In this document: positions 19,725-28,792 of the stretch, piece after piece | How the letters are laid out: each line of letters opens with the position of its first letter | Numbering within the stretch: the stretch's first letter is position 1 | Assembly (NCBI GenBank): GCA_964593355.1 | Contig: CAZQHM010000002.1 | Span: forward strand, 99,747-163,746 | Length of the DNA stretch: 64,000 nt | Source: an uncultured Myxococcales bacterium | GTDB taxonomy: Bacteria > Myxococcota_A > UBA9042 > CAIXZC01 | Direction: 5' to 3' | Notes under the pieces: generated by a model | What the model saw: the letters and a program-made list of their open reading frames with translations, nothing else | Databases searched by the model: none | Told to the model about the DNA's origin: nothing | Position numbers and translations under genes: made by a program

Positions 19725-20603
19725 CTACTTCTTCATGCCCGAGTGGCTCTCTACATTGGGCCCCGATGCTGCCTTCAGTCCGCCGCCCTTAAACACCGAT
19801 ACCGCCTCCTCAACACTGCCCGACATTCCGATGTGAACCGCTATCCCAGCAGCACTCAAGGTCTGGTGCGCGTTGGGCCCGCAGTTGCCGGTCAACACAG
19901 CGGAAACACCCTTGTGGGCCAACATCTGCGCTGTCTGAATGCCCGCACCACCACCCAACGAACCGGCATCGTTCTCCAAAGACTCGAATTCCATACTATC
20001 GGGATCAATAATAATGAACCACGAGCACCGACCGAATCTTGAGTCCATGGCTGACGTCAGCTCTGGACCCGTAGATGTAACTGCAATTTTTCCCATTTTT
20101 TTATCTCCTTTGGATATTTCTAACCTATTATCATCTCCCAGTAATATACTACTTCGCTGCTGACCGCGGCGCCCTCCTCTTCCTGCACCGCCCCCACCTG
20201 ACTCACCCCTTCCACCGCCGCCACATCCACGAGTTCCACCACTCCCTCGTCGACCATGCCCGCGGCAGCACCCGGGCATCGCAAACGCTTCCGCTGAGAG
20301 ACTCCCCGCGAGAAGAGCTTCGATCACATCATCCTGAGTGCCCGAGACAAAAGAGAGCAACTCTATGCCCGCATCTACCAACTCGCCATGAAGCGATCTT
20401 GAGACCGCCCCACACACCAGCTGCTGTACGCCAAGGTTCCTCAGCACAACTACTCGCTCCGACAAACCCACACTTCCCAATGCCTCAGTGCGGCGTGATA
20501 CGATCGCCCCTCCGTCGACATCGAGCACCACAACCTCCCTGCTCACGTCGAACACCGGCGACACCCGCCCCTGCCATACCGCTATTGCTACTCTTCGTGA
20601 CAT
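19725..20603 (-). CDS. Protein with two NifX/NafY/NifB-C-like domains (PF02579-like) joined by a Gly/Arg/Cys-rich linker
   Basis: First domain: RVAIAVWQGRVSPVFDVSREVVVLDVDGG. Second domain: KIAVTSTGPELTSAMDSRFGRCSWFIIID...VLTGNCGPNAHQTLSAAGIAV. Linker: MPGCCRGHGRRGSGGTRGCGGGG. ATG at 20601-20603 with a GAAAGGA RBS; the ORF-track start at 20621 is a TTG. Confidence 0.7.
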   Translation of the reverse strand: MSRRVAIAVWQGRVSPVFDVSREVVVLDVDGGAIVSRRTEALGSVGLSERVVVLRNLGVQQLVCGAVSRSLHGELVDAGIELLSFVSGTQDDVIEALLAGSLSAEAFAMPGCCRGHGRRGSGGTRGCGGGGRGESGGGGAGRGGRRGQQRSSILLGDDNRLEISKGDKKMGKIAVTSTGPELTSAMDSRFGRCSWFIIIDPDSMEFESLENDAGSLGGGAGIQTAQMLAHKGVSAVLTGNCGPNAHQTLSAAGIAVHIGMSGSVEEAVSVFKGGGLKAASGPNVESHSGMKK

Positions 20604-20653
20604 GGTCCTTTCTTCCGCCAATCAAACAGGGCCCCGTGCCCCCGCTGGCTCTA

Positions 20654-20670
20654 TGCATATCTTGGACCAT
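20654..20670 (-). promoter_or_regulatory. Candidate sigma-54 promoter aTGGtCCaagatATGCAt
   Basis: GG-N10-GC spacing is correct. It lies about 50 nt upstream of the tandem NifX-like gene start. It is weaker than the element at 15219. Confidence 0.35.
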
Positions 20671-20921
20671 AAGAAATGCCCCCGTCGGCAATGCCGGGCC
20701 CTCCAGGAGATGCGTCATCGCTTTCGCCCCCAACGAGGCTACTGCCTTCCGACTTCAAGCCCCAATGCCCAGGGAATCGGGCGGACCTCGCTGAACTGAG
20801 CCCCGTCGCCTCTCCGGCCACGGCACTCTCGCCCAGTCCACTGGTCACGGAAATCATAAGGTAGCGCTTATGCGACTCTTTGCGGAAAAACGGTGGCGTT
20901 CATGCGACTCTAGAGCGCCCG

Positions 20922-22304
20922 TCAGAACCTTCCCCCCCGACCATCCCTTCTGGGCAATTGCAGACCAAGAGCCTTAACCTTCCGGAAGAACGTGCTCTTG
21001 TGCATGCCCAACTCTCTGGCAGCTTCTAACCTGTTGCCTCCGCAACGCTCCAGTGCCGCCAGAATCGCCTCTGTCTCGGTCTGGTGAATGGACTCTGCCA
21101 GCGAATGGGAGGATGCCTGCCTCTTGCCAAGAGGAACAAGAACCTCCGGCAAGTGGCTGACTTCTATTTGACCTTTATGAACAAGCACAAAGCTGTGCTC
21201 GATAATATTCTGCAATTCCCTTACATTGCCAGGGAAATGGTGTGCCATCAGCAATCCCAGCACATCAGGACTCACACCGGTTATGTCTTTGTTTTGTAAT
21301 GAATTATAGAGCGAAATGAAGTGTTGCACCAGTAATGGTATATCATCTTTTCTGTCACGCAACGGTGGCAGATGCAGCATCATTACATTGATTCTGTAAT
21401 ACAAATCATGACGAAATTTGCCTTCGGCTACCATCGTTTCAAGATTTCTATTGGTCGCTACCACTATTCTAACGTCCGCCTTTTCTGTCTTTGTAGAACC
21501 AAGAGGCTCGAAGAGCCGCTCCTGAATCACCCGAAGCAGACGAACCTGCATGGCTTGCGATATCTCCCCAATTTCGTCCAGAAAGAGGGTACCGCCCCTC
21601 GCCAGAGAAAACCTGCCTGGCTTGTCTTTGGTCGCTCCCGTGAAGGCTCCCGACTTGTACCCGAAGAGCTCCGACTCAAGGAGAGTGTCCGGAAGAGCCC
21701 CGCAGTTCACAGCAACGAAGGGACCGTTCTTACGTGCCGAAAGACTATGAATCGCCCTCGCTGCCAGTTCCTTTCCAGTGCCAGTCTCTCCAGTAAGCAG
21801 CACGGTGCTCTCACTCTCTGCAATGAGCGGAATCATCTGCAGAATGTGCCTCATCGAAGGACTTCGGCTTACGATGTCTCCCACCTGGTGACGACCGAGT
21901 ATCTCCTTTCTGAGCTCCTCAATAATCGTCAGATCTCTGAAGGTCTCGGCCCCGCCAACAGTAGCCCCGCTCGCATCCTTCAGCAGCGCCGTCGATACCG
22001 ACACGGGTATCCTGTTGCCCTCGGCGTTGACAATGAATGCGGCCCTGTTGACCACAGGCACCCCCTCATCGAGCGTCCTCCGCAGAGCGCAGTCCGTCTC
22101 ACACATGCTGGCCCTGAAGACATCAGAGCAGCGGCGGCCCATAGCCTCTTCCCTGCCTATACCGGTGATACGCTCCGCTGCCCTATTAAACGAGGTTACC
22201 CGCCACTGGTCATCCACAGTGAAGACCCCGTCAGAGATGCTTTCAAGAATCGCATCAGTAGGTATTGGTGGCGCCGCTTCTGGTTTTCCGTTTCGTCGAC
22301 TCAT
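20922..22304 (-). CDS. Sigma-54-dependent transcriptional activator (NtrC family) with an N-terminal Cys-containing PAS sensor and a C-terminal Fis-type HTH
   Basis: AAA+ sigma54-interaction motifs TGETGTGKELAARAIH, GAFTGA and RELQN. PAS segment contains CSDVFRASMCETDCAL. HTH segment is HKSTFFRKVKALG. Confidence 0.85.
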   Translation of the reverse strand: MSRRNGKPEAAPPIPTDAILESISDGVFTVDDQWRVTSFNRAAERITGIGREEAMGRRCSDVFRASMCETDCALRRTLDEGVPVVNRAAFIVNAEGNRIPVSVSTALLKDASGATVGGAETFRDLTIIEELRKEILGRHQVGDIVSRSPSMRHILQMIPLIAESESTVLLTGETGTGKELAARAIHSLSARKNGPFVAVNCGALPDTLLESELFGYKSGAFTGATKDKPGRFSLARGGTLFLDEIGEISQAMQVRLLRVIQERLFEPLGSTKTEKADVRIVVATNRNLETMVAEGKFRHDLYYRINVMMLHLPPLRDRKDDIPLLVQHFISLYNSLQNKDITGVSPDVLGLLMAHHFPGNVRELQNIIEHSFVLVHKGQIEVSHLPEVLVPLGKRQASSHSLAESIHQTETEAILAALERCGGNRLEAARELGMHKSTFFRKVKALGLQLPRRDGRGGRF

Positions 22305-22443
22305 GGCCCCTGCATGGTAGTGTCCCCTGGTCCGAAGTCAAGGTTGCAAGGCTCGGCCGCTGGACGAGCAACCGCTCGTGACACGGGACCAAGGAGATGG
22401 TATCTCTGTGGCCGAATCGGCCCGTTGCATAATGGAGGGGGTC

Positions 22444-23085
22444 ATGGCGCACCGCTTTTCCAGGCTTCGTTTGTGCCTGCCTTTCTGGCGCCGGCTTTTC
22501 CTCTTGGCGCCGGTTCTGTTAGCGCCGGCCCTCCTCTCCGGTTGTGCCTTCGGTGGAGGCGGTGGTCTGGGCATTACAGGCGATACCAGGGGTTCCGTGG
22601 GGATTATGCTGACTGGCCACGTCCAGACTTGGGGCATCCGGGCCGAACCGGAGAAGGGCAAGCGCCACGAGACCGCCGCCGTGCTCATGCCGGCCCAGGT
22701 CTCCGGAGGCTACGAATTCAACCCATCGGCCTGGGTACTGCGGCTAGACGCCCCGGGCATCGGTGTCGTCTCCGACAGTGTGGATAACAGCTCTTTTGGA
22801 CTCTCCAGCTCTCTTCACCTGCGAGCGCTTATTCGATGGGAGGATGGAGCAGAGGCCGCCACCACCGCACTGGGGCCCGCCATTCGACTTGCGTGGCTGC
22901 CACATCTCTCCACAAGCCAGTTACCCAGGCTCGATTCCAGACCCGAGTGGCCCGATGGTTGGGAGTTTCACTCCGTGGGACCTGCCATGGACATATCCGT
23001 GCTCACCGATGACAAGGGCTGGTTCGGCTCCATGTTCCTTGGCGGGCAGTACCAGTACCTATCCTATTTCTACATGGGTTTGTGA
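22444..23085 (+). CDS. Hypothetical lipoprotein
   Basis: MAHRFSRLRLCLPFWRRLFLLAPVLLAPALLSGCAFGG (lipobox LSGC). GGAGGGGG RBS upstream of ATG 22444. Confidence 0.5.
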   Translation: MAHRFSRLRLCLPFWRRLFLLAPVLLAPALLSGCAFGGGGGLGITGDTRGSVGIMLTGHVQTWGIRAEPEKGKRHETAAVLMPAQVSGGYEFNPSAWVLRLDAPGIGVVSDSVDNSSFGLSSSLHLRALIRWEDGAEAATTALGPAIRLAWLPHLSTSQLPRLDSRPEWPDGWEFHSVGPAMDISVLTDDKGWFGSMFLGGQYQYLSYFYMGL

Positions 23086-23720
23086 TGATTGCGGCCCTGC
23101 TGGTCGGAACCCTCTTCGGCTTCTTCGGCGCCATGCCCCTGGCTGGCCCCGTCGCCCTTGTTGTGTTCTCCAAAGGCATGGAGGGGCATCGCAGGGCCGC
23201 ACTCTTCACAGCCGCAGGCGCTTCCGCCGCAGAGTTCGCCTACGCATGGCTCGCCTTTCTGGGATTCGCTACCCTGCTGGCCCAAATCGACTGGGTCCTC
23301 GATGCCTCCAAGCTGGTCGCTGCCTTCGTCCTTGCGGCCCTGGGCGTTGCACTTATCCGACGACAGAGCAGCGACGTGCGTGAACCAGGGGCCGAGAGCA
23401 GAGGACGAACTTCCTTCGTCGTGGGATTCTTGCTCACAGCCCTCAACCCTACACTTATCGCTACCTGGTCTGCCGCCATAACCACCCTCTATTCCACCCA
23501 AATTGTCGAGTTCCAGCCTTCTCACGCCCTCCCATTCGCCCTGGGTGTCTTCTCCGGTGACATGCTCTGGTACTGGTTGATGCTGCTCCTCATTCGCAAG
23601 CACAGCGGTCGCCTTGGACGCCAGTGGCTGACTCTGGTTCTCCGGTTCATGGGGTGGGCGCTGGTGGCCCTCAGCCTCTGGTTCCTGGTCGCTTTCTTGA
23701 GGTCTATGCTCAGTTCGTGA
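23082..23720 (+). CDS. LysE/RhtB family amino-acid exporter
   Basis: Six TM segments with the LTALNPTLIATW motif typical of LysE/RhtB translocators. ATG at 23085 overlaps the upstream stop (TGATG). Confidence 0.7.
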   Translation: MMIAALLVGTLFGFFGAMPLAGPVALVVFSKGMEGHRRAALFTAAGASAAEFAYAWLAFLGFATLLAQIDWVLDASKLVAAFVLAALGVALIRRQSSDVREPGAESRGRTSFVVGFLLTALNPTLIATWSAAITTLYSTQIVEFQPSHALPFALGVFSGDMLWYWLMLLLIRKHSGRLGRQWLTLVLRFMGWALVALSLWFLVAFLRSMLSS

Positions 23721-23981
23721 CTGCCTCCACCCCCAGCGGCCGCCATACCCAGTTTCCGCATGGAATGGGTAGCTGGCTGAGCGGGCCCAAGTCCACGCTT
23801 CCTTCGCTTTCGGACCACCGGTGAAGGTCTTTGACTTGTCCCCAATTCTAACCGAACATGGGGCGTGCAAGTGGACCGGGTGAGTCAGCCGGTCCGCCCC
23901 GCTTGCCTATTATTACCCATATTTCATCGATTCTGTCCGAGAGCTAGATTTTGGTTAAGGCTTTCCCTTGGAGGTGCGACT

Positions 23982-26900
23982 GTGGACAAGAAAATCGAAG
24001 TCAGTAGTCGCAGCTTTGGAATTACAATAGCTTTAATTTTGGTTCTTATGAGTATGGTACTAATTGGTGGCAGTCTTCTATATCTGAATCATTGGTCTGG
24101 TCATTATCGTAAGCAGGTTGAAGATCAGCTTCTAAGCGTTGCCAGCCTCAAATCCGATCGGCTGGCAGAATATATGGAAGAGACTACTTCTATTGGTAGA
24201 TTCGTGGCCAGCAACCCTTATTTTACCGGATTGGTATCAAGCTTTATGGCAAATGCCGACAATAAACTTGCCAAAGATATTGCTAGCTGTCTTAAACATA
24301 TGCGCAGCGTATTCCCTGTGGACGCTGTTATGCTCCTCGACCCCACAGGGGCGAAGCTCATCGTCGATTCAGACCGAGATGAGAGGCCCCTCTCCCAGAT
24401 CAGCCCTACAACATTGACGGCCCTCCACAGGGGCGAAACTGTCTTTGAAGACTTTTATCTAAATCAGCATAACGACATGCCATTTTTGAAGCTACTAAGT
24501 CCAGTTTTTGCTCCTGATTCTAAGAATAAAATGATAGCCATCCTTGCGCTGAGAATTGATCCCAACCAATATATATATCCTTTGCTTGCCTCCTGGCCAA
24601 CAGAATCTCCATCGTCGGAGACTTTGATGATGCGGCGTGATGGTGAACGGGCAACCTATCTGAACAACGTCAGGTTCAAAGCCAACACAGCGATGAGGCT
24701 TTCCTTTGCCGTGGACGAAAGTCAGGTTCCTGCGGTCAGGGCCATCGCTGGTGAACGGGGGATCCTGGAGGGTCCCGACTACCGCGGGGTGCCCACTATC
24801 GCCGCTGCAACGGAGGTGCCAGGGTCGCCGTGGGTACTGGTGGCTCGAATTGACCGGGAAGAGGTGCTCGGGTCACTGAAATCTGAGGGCCGAACGGTGG
24901 TCGGATTGGCTCTCCTGCTGACCGTCTCCGTTTGGGCCGCAATGTATCTTGTTTGGCGCAAACGAAAGGCGCTGTTCAAGCGAGCCATCGCGGTAGCCCG
25001 AAAAGACCAGTTGGAGGCTAACAACCGCTTCGAGGCTCTCTTTGAGAACCTTGGCGTCGGGGTCTCGGTTGTTGACCCTGCATTGAAGGTGGTCAAGACG
25101 AATCGGCTTCTGAACCAGTGGTTCCCAGGCGGAGTCACCGAGGGACGCAGCCGCTGCGAAGGAGGGCTTTGTGGCAAGGATGGGGTTGTTCATTGCGCTG
25201 GATGCGCCGTCTCCAGGTCCTTGAAGGACGGCGGAACCCACGAGGGAGACATCGTCGTCGATACCGCTGAGGGGCGGCGAGTTCTTCGGGCCATTGCAAC
25301 ACCTCTCAGGGGCCCTGACGGCCGCATCGAGGCGGCCATTGAGGTTCTTGATGATGTAACGGAGCGGCGAGGGCTGGCAGCGGAGATCTCGGCCCGAGAG
25401 TCTGTGCTTTCGGCCATAACCGGGTCGGCCCAAGACGCCATCGTGATGATGGATGATGGTGGCCTGATCACGTTCTGGAATCCTGCCGCTGAGCGCATGT
25501 TTGGCCGCCAGGCGTCGGAGGCAGTAGGAAAGACTCTCCACATTCTCATCGCCCCCGAGCGATTCAGGGCGGCCCATGGCAAAGCCTTTGAGCGCTTTTT
25601 GCTTACAGGCGAAGGCGATGCCGTGGGCAAGACTCTGGAGTTGCCGGCGCTGCACTCCGACGGCCACGAGATTGACGTGTCGTTGTCCTTGTCCGCAGTC
25701 AAGTTGCAGGGCAAATGGAATGCCGTGGGCATTATGCGGGATATCACGCAGCAGAAGGTTGAACGTGAGCAACTCCGCATAGCCAATGAGCAGCTTGAAC
25801 ACGCCAATCTGGCCTTGGCATCGGCGGCCGAAGAGTCCAAGCGCATGGCCCGGGAAGCTGATGCTGCCAGCGTAGCCAAAAGCCAGTTCCTCGCAAATAT
25901 GAGCCACGAGATCAGAACTCCCATGAATGGCGTCATCGGCATGACAGGGCTGCTCATGGAGACCACCCTGACACCAGAGCAGAGGCGCTTCACCGAGGTC
26001 ATTCAGTCCAGCGGTGATGCTCTGCTGGATGTCATCAACGATATCTTGGACTTCTCTAAGATCGAGGCCGACAAGCTGGAAATGGAGGAACTTGACTTCG
26101 ACCTTCGGAATACCGTTGAGGATGCCGCTGAGTTGCTTGCCTTCAAGGCACAAGAAAAGGAGCTGGAGTTCGTTTGCCGAATTGACCCCGATGTGCCCTC
26201 TCGACTGGTTGGCGATCCCGGGCGGATTCGGCAGGTGCTCGTGAACCTGGGGGGTAACGCCGTTAAGTTCACCAGCAAAGGAGAAGTGGTAGTGGACGTT
26301 TCGCTTGTCTCTGAGGATGAGCGCACCGCTACAGTGCGATTCGAGGTGCGGGACACCGGTATCGGGATTCCGCCGGAGAAGCTGGGGTTGGTGTTTCGAG
26401 CTTTTGAGCAGGTGGACGCATCAACAACCCGAAGATACGGTGGCACCGGCCTTGGGCTGGCCATCTGCCAGAGAATCGTTGACCGCATGGGTGGTCAGAT
26501 AGCCGTGGAGAGCGAACTTGGGCTCGGCTCGACCTTCCGATTCACGCTGACATTGGGCAAGCAGCCTGTATCGCAGCGTCCCACCATGCCGCAGTGGGGT
26601 GATATATCCGGGCTGCGAGTGCTGGCGGTGGACGATAACGCGACCAACAGGCTGGTGGTCTCAGAGCAGCTGTCCTCCTGGGGAGTCGAGGTGGAGGTTC
26701 GTTCCTCGGGGCTCGAGGGTATTGAAGTGATGCGACAAGCAGCGGAAGCCGGCCGTCCCTTTGATGTGCTGCTCACAGACATGCAGATGCCCGATATGGA
26801 TGGCGAGGCCTTGGGGGTGGCAGTTAAGGCCGATCCGCTGCTGAGGCGCACACAGGTGGTTGTTCTGACATCGGTTGGTCGCCGGGGAGATGCCAAACGC

Positions 26901-27806
26901 CTTCGCTGTCTGGGATTCTCTGCCTATCTGACCAAGCCGGTCAAACAATCGCACCTGTACGAGTGCCTGGCCCGACTGGTAGGTGGAGGCTTTGATGACG
27001 CTGCCAATGGGCACCTGATCACCAAGCACAGCCTGGAAGACGCTCGTCGGGGTGAGACCACAGTGTTGCTGGTTGAGGATCATCCCACGAATCAGCTGGT
27101 GGCCATGAAGATCTTGGAGAAGTTGGGCTATCAGGCTTTGGCCGTATTCAACGGCGCAGAGGCTCTCCAAGCGTTGAAGGAGCGTCTGTTCGATGTCGTG
27201 CTCATGGATGTCCAGATGCCCGTGATGGATGGGTTCGAAGCTACTCGTCGCATTCGCAGCGGTGAGTCGGGAGTGCTCAACCCCCGTGTGCCCATCATCG
27301 CCATGACCGCACACGCCGTGAAAGGTGACCGTGAGCGCTGTCTCGACCAGGGCATGGACGACTACGTCAGCAAACCCGTTGATGCCGCCAAACTCGTGGA
27401 GGCCTTGGACCGATGCCTTCAACGCCCCGATGAGGTTTCCAACCCACCCACAGTCTCCACGCCCAACGCCACGGCAGAGCCCCACGCGGCCGTGTTCGAT
27501 AGAGAGGCTCTCTTCCGACGCCTAATGGAGGACGAGGAGCTTCTCTCCGAGGTCCTTGAGGGGTTCCTTGATGACCTGCCCAGTCAGTTGACGGCCTTGA
27601 ATGCAGCGCTGGTTGCTGGTGACCTGGAGGCCGTGGCCAGGGGTGCGCATACGGTAAAGGGTGCCGCCGCAAACGTCGGGGCCATGAAGCTGAGTGCCGC
27701 TGCACTGGCCCTGGAGCAGGCCGTTAAGCTGGGAGACTTGGCTGATTTGAACAGGTTCATGGATAGTCTTCGAAGAGCCTTCGAAGAGTTCAGAAAAGCA
27801 ATATAA
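23982..27806 (+). CDS. Hybrid sensor histidine kinase: periplasmic double-Cache-like sensor, TM, two PAS, HisKA, HATPase, two receiver domains and a C-terminal Hpt
   Basis: H-box SHEIRTPMNGVIGM. G-boxes GTGLGLAICQ. Receivers VLAVDDNATNRLV...DVLLTDMQMPDMDG and VLLVEDHPTNQLV...DVVLMDVQMPVMDG. Hpt segment AHTVKGAAANVGA. GTG start with GGAGG 7 nt upstream. Confidence 0.85.
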   Translation: MDKKIEVSSRSFGITIALILVLMSMVLIGGSLLYLNHWSGHYRKQVEDQLLSVASLKSDRLAEYMEETTSIGRFVASNPYFTGLVSSFMANADNKLAKDIASCLKHMRSVFPVDAVMLLDPTGAKLIVDSDRDERPLSQISPTTLTALHRGETVFEDFYLNQHNDMPFLKLLSPVFAPDSKNKMIAILALRIDPNQYIYPLLASWPTESPSSETLMMRRDGERATYLNNVRFKANTAMRLSFAVDESQVPAVRAIAGERGILEGPDYRGVPTIAAATEVPGSPWVLVARIDREEVLGSLKSEGRTVVGLALLLTVSVWAAMYLVWRKRKALFKRAIAVARKDQLEANNRFEALFENLGVGVSVVDPALKVVKTNRLLNQWFPGGVTEGRSRCEGGLCGKDGVVHCAGCAVSRSLKDGGTHEGDIVVDTAEGRRVLRAIATPLRGPDGRIEAAIEVLDDVTERRGLAAEISARESVLSAITGSAQDAIVMMDDGGLITFWNPAAERMFGRQASEAVGKTLHILIAPERFRAAHGKAFERFLLTGEGDAVGKTLELPALHSDGHEIDVSLSLSAVKLQGKWNAVGIMRDITQQKVEREQLRIANEQLEHANLALASAAEESKRMAREADAASVAKSQFLANMSHEIRTPMNGVIGMTGLLMETTLTPEQRRFTEVIQSSGDALLDVINDILDFSKIEADKLEMEELDFDLRNTVEDAAELLAFKAQEKELEFVCRIDPDVPSRLVGDPGRIRQVLVNLGGNAVKFTSKGEVVVDVSLVSEDERTATVRFEVRDTGIGIPPEKLGLVFRAFEQVDASTTRRYGGTGLGLAICQRIVDRMGGQIAVESELGLGSTFRFTLTLGKQPVSQRPTMPQWGDISGLRVLAVDDNATNRLVVSEQLSSWGVEVEVRSSGLEGIEVMRQAAEAGRPFDVLLTDMQMPDMDGEALGVAVKADPLLRRTQVVVLTSVGRRGDAKRLRCLGFSAYLTKPVKQSHLYECLARLVGGGFDDAANGHLITKHSLEDARRGETTVLLVEDHPTNQLVAMKILEKLGYQALAVFNGAEALQALKERLFDVVLMDVQMPVMDGFEATRRIRSGESGVLNPRVPIIAMTAHAVKGDRERCLDQGMDDYVSKPVDAAKLVEALDRCLQRPDEVSNPPTVSTPNATAEPHAAVFDREALFRRLMEDEELLSEVLEGFLDDLPSQLTALNAALVAGDLEAVARGAHTVKGAAANVGAMKLSAAALALEQAVKLGDLADLNRFMDSLRRAFEEFRKAI

Positions 27807-27817
27807 GGGGTACTGCA

Positions 27818-28723
27818 ATGAGAGTACTTATTGCTGAGGATGATTTCACATCAAGACGAATCCTGACTTCAGTTGTGAAGAAGTGGGGGTTTGATGTGGT
27901 GGCAGTCGATAATGGCCTGGCGGCATGGGAAGAGTTCAATGCTCCCCGCAGTCCTGACCTGCTGTTGCTGGACTGGAACATGCCCGGCATGGATGGCGTT
28001 GAGATCTGTGCGAGGATTGGCAGCTTGGGCCTGCCCAGCCCACCCTACGTCATACTTATCACCGGCCGCGGAGAAAGAGACGACATTGTGGCTGGCTTGA
28101 ATTCCGGGGCCAACGACTACATCACCAAACCCTACGACATCGAGGAGTTGAGAGCCCGCATAGCCGTTGGCGCACGAGTCCTCGAGATGCAGACTGAACT
28201 GGTCCGGATGAGGGACGAGATGGCCCACCTCGCCTCCCACGATGCACTCACTGGGCTTTTGAACCGGCGGGCCGTTATGAATCGACTTGAGGCAGAGTTA
28301 AGCAGGGCTCAGCGGCTCAAGTCGACCATATGCCTGGCTATGTGCGATATTGACCATTTTAAACTGATCAGCGACACATACGGCCACCAAGCCGGTGATG
28401 ATGTTTTGGGCGCAGTCTCCCGGGCCCTGGTGCATAGCGTACGTCCCTACGACTGCGTTGGGCGTGTTGGGGGTGAGGAGTTTCTTGTGGTTTTGCCCCT
28501 GGAAAAGCCGGATTGCATGAAGGACATCTTTGAGCGAATACGAGAAGAAATCGCCATGCTTCATATATCACATGGAGCGATATCAATAAATGTCACCATA
28601 AGTATTGGTGGTGTTCTGGGGCAAGGAGGGGATAAGGCTCCAGAACTCCTGGCCAGGGCTGATGCTGCCTTATACAGAGCAAAAGCCCTCGGTAGAAACA
28701 GGGTAGAAATAGCCGATCAATAA
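27818..28723 (+). CDS. Response regulator with receiver plus GGDEF diguanylate cyclase domain (PleD/WspR-like)
   Basis: Receiver segments LIAEDD...LLLLDWNMPGMDG. GGDEF active site RVGGEEFLVV. Confidence 0.85.
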   Translation: MRVLIAEDDFTSRRILTSVVKKWGFDVVAVDNGLAAWEEFNAPRSPDLLLLDWNMPGMDGVEICARIGSLGLPSPPYVILITGRGERDDIVAGLNSGANDYITKPYDIEELRARIAVGARVLEMQTELVRMRDEMAHLASHDALTGLLNRRAVMNRLEAELSRAQRLKSTICLAMCDIDHFKLISDTYGHQAGDDVLGAVSRALVHSVRPYDCVGRVGGEEFLVVLPLEKPDCMKDIFERIREEIAMLHISHGAISINVTISIGGVLGQGGDKAPELLARADAALYRAKALGRNRVEIADQ

Positions 28724-28792
28724 GGGTCCTGAGGCAACAAATATCTGCGAATAATTTGTCTTTGCAGCGAACCGAGACGTGTGAGCATCCGT

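Noticed and set aside
24873-27485. Long minus-strand ORFs (24873..26153, 25190..26002, 26661..27485) inside the hybrid histidine kinase
   Set aside because: They are antisense to a gene with unmistakable HisKA, HATPase, REC and Hpt motifs, and they have no RBS.
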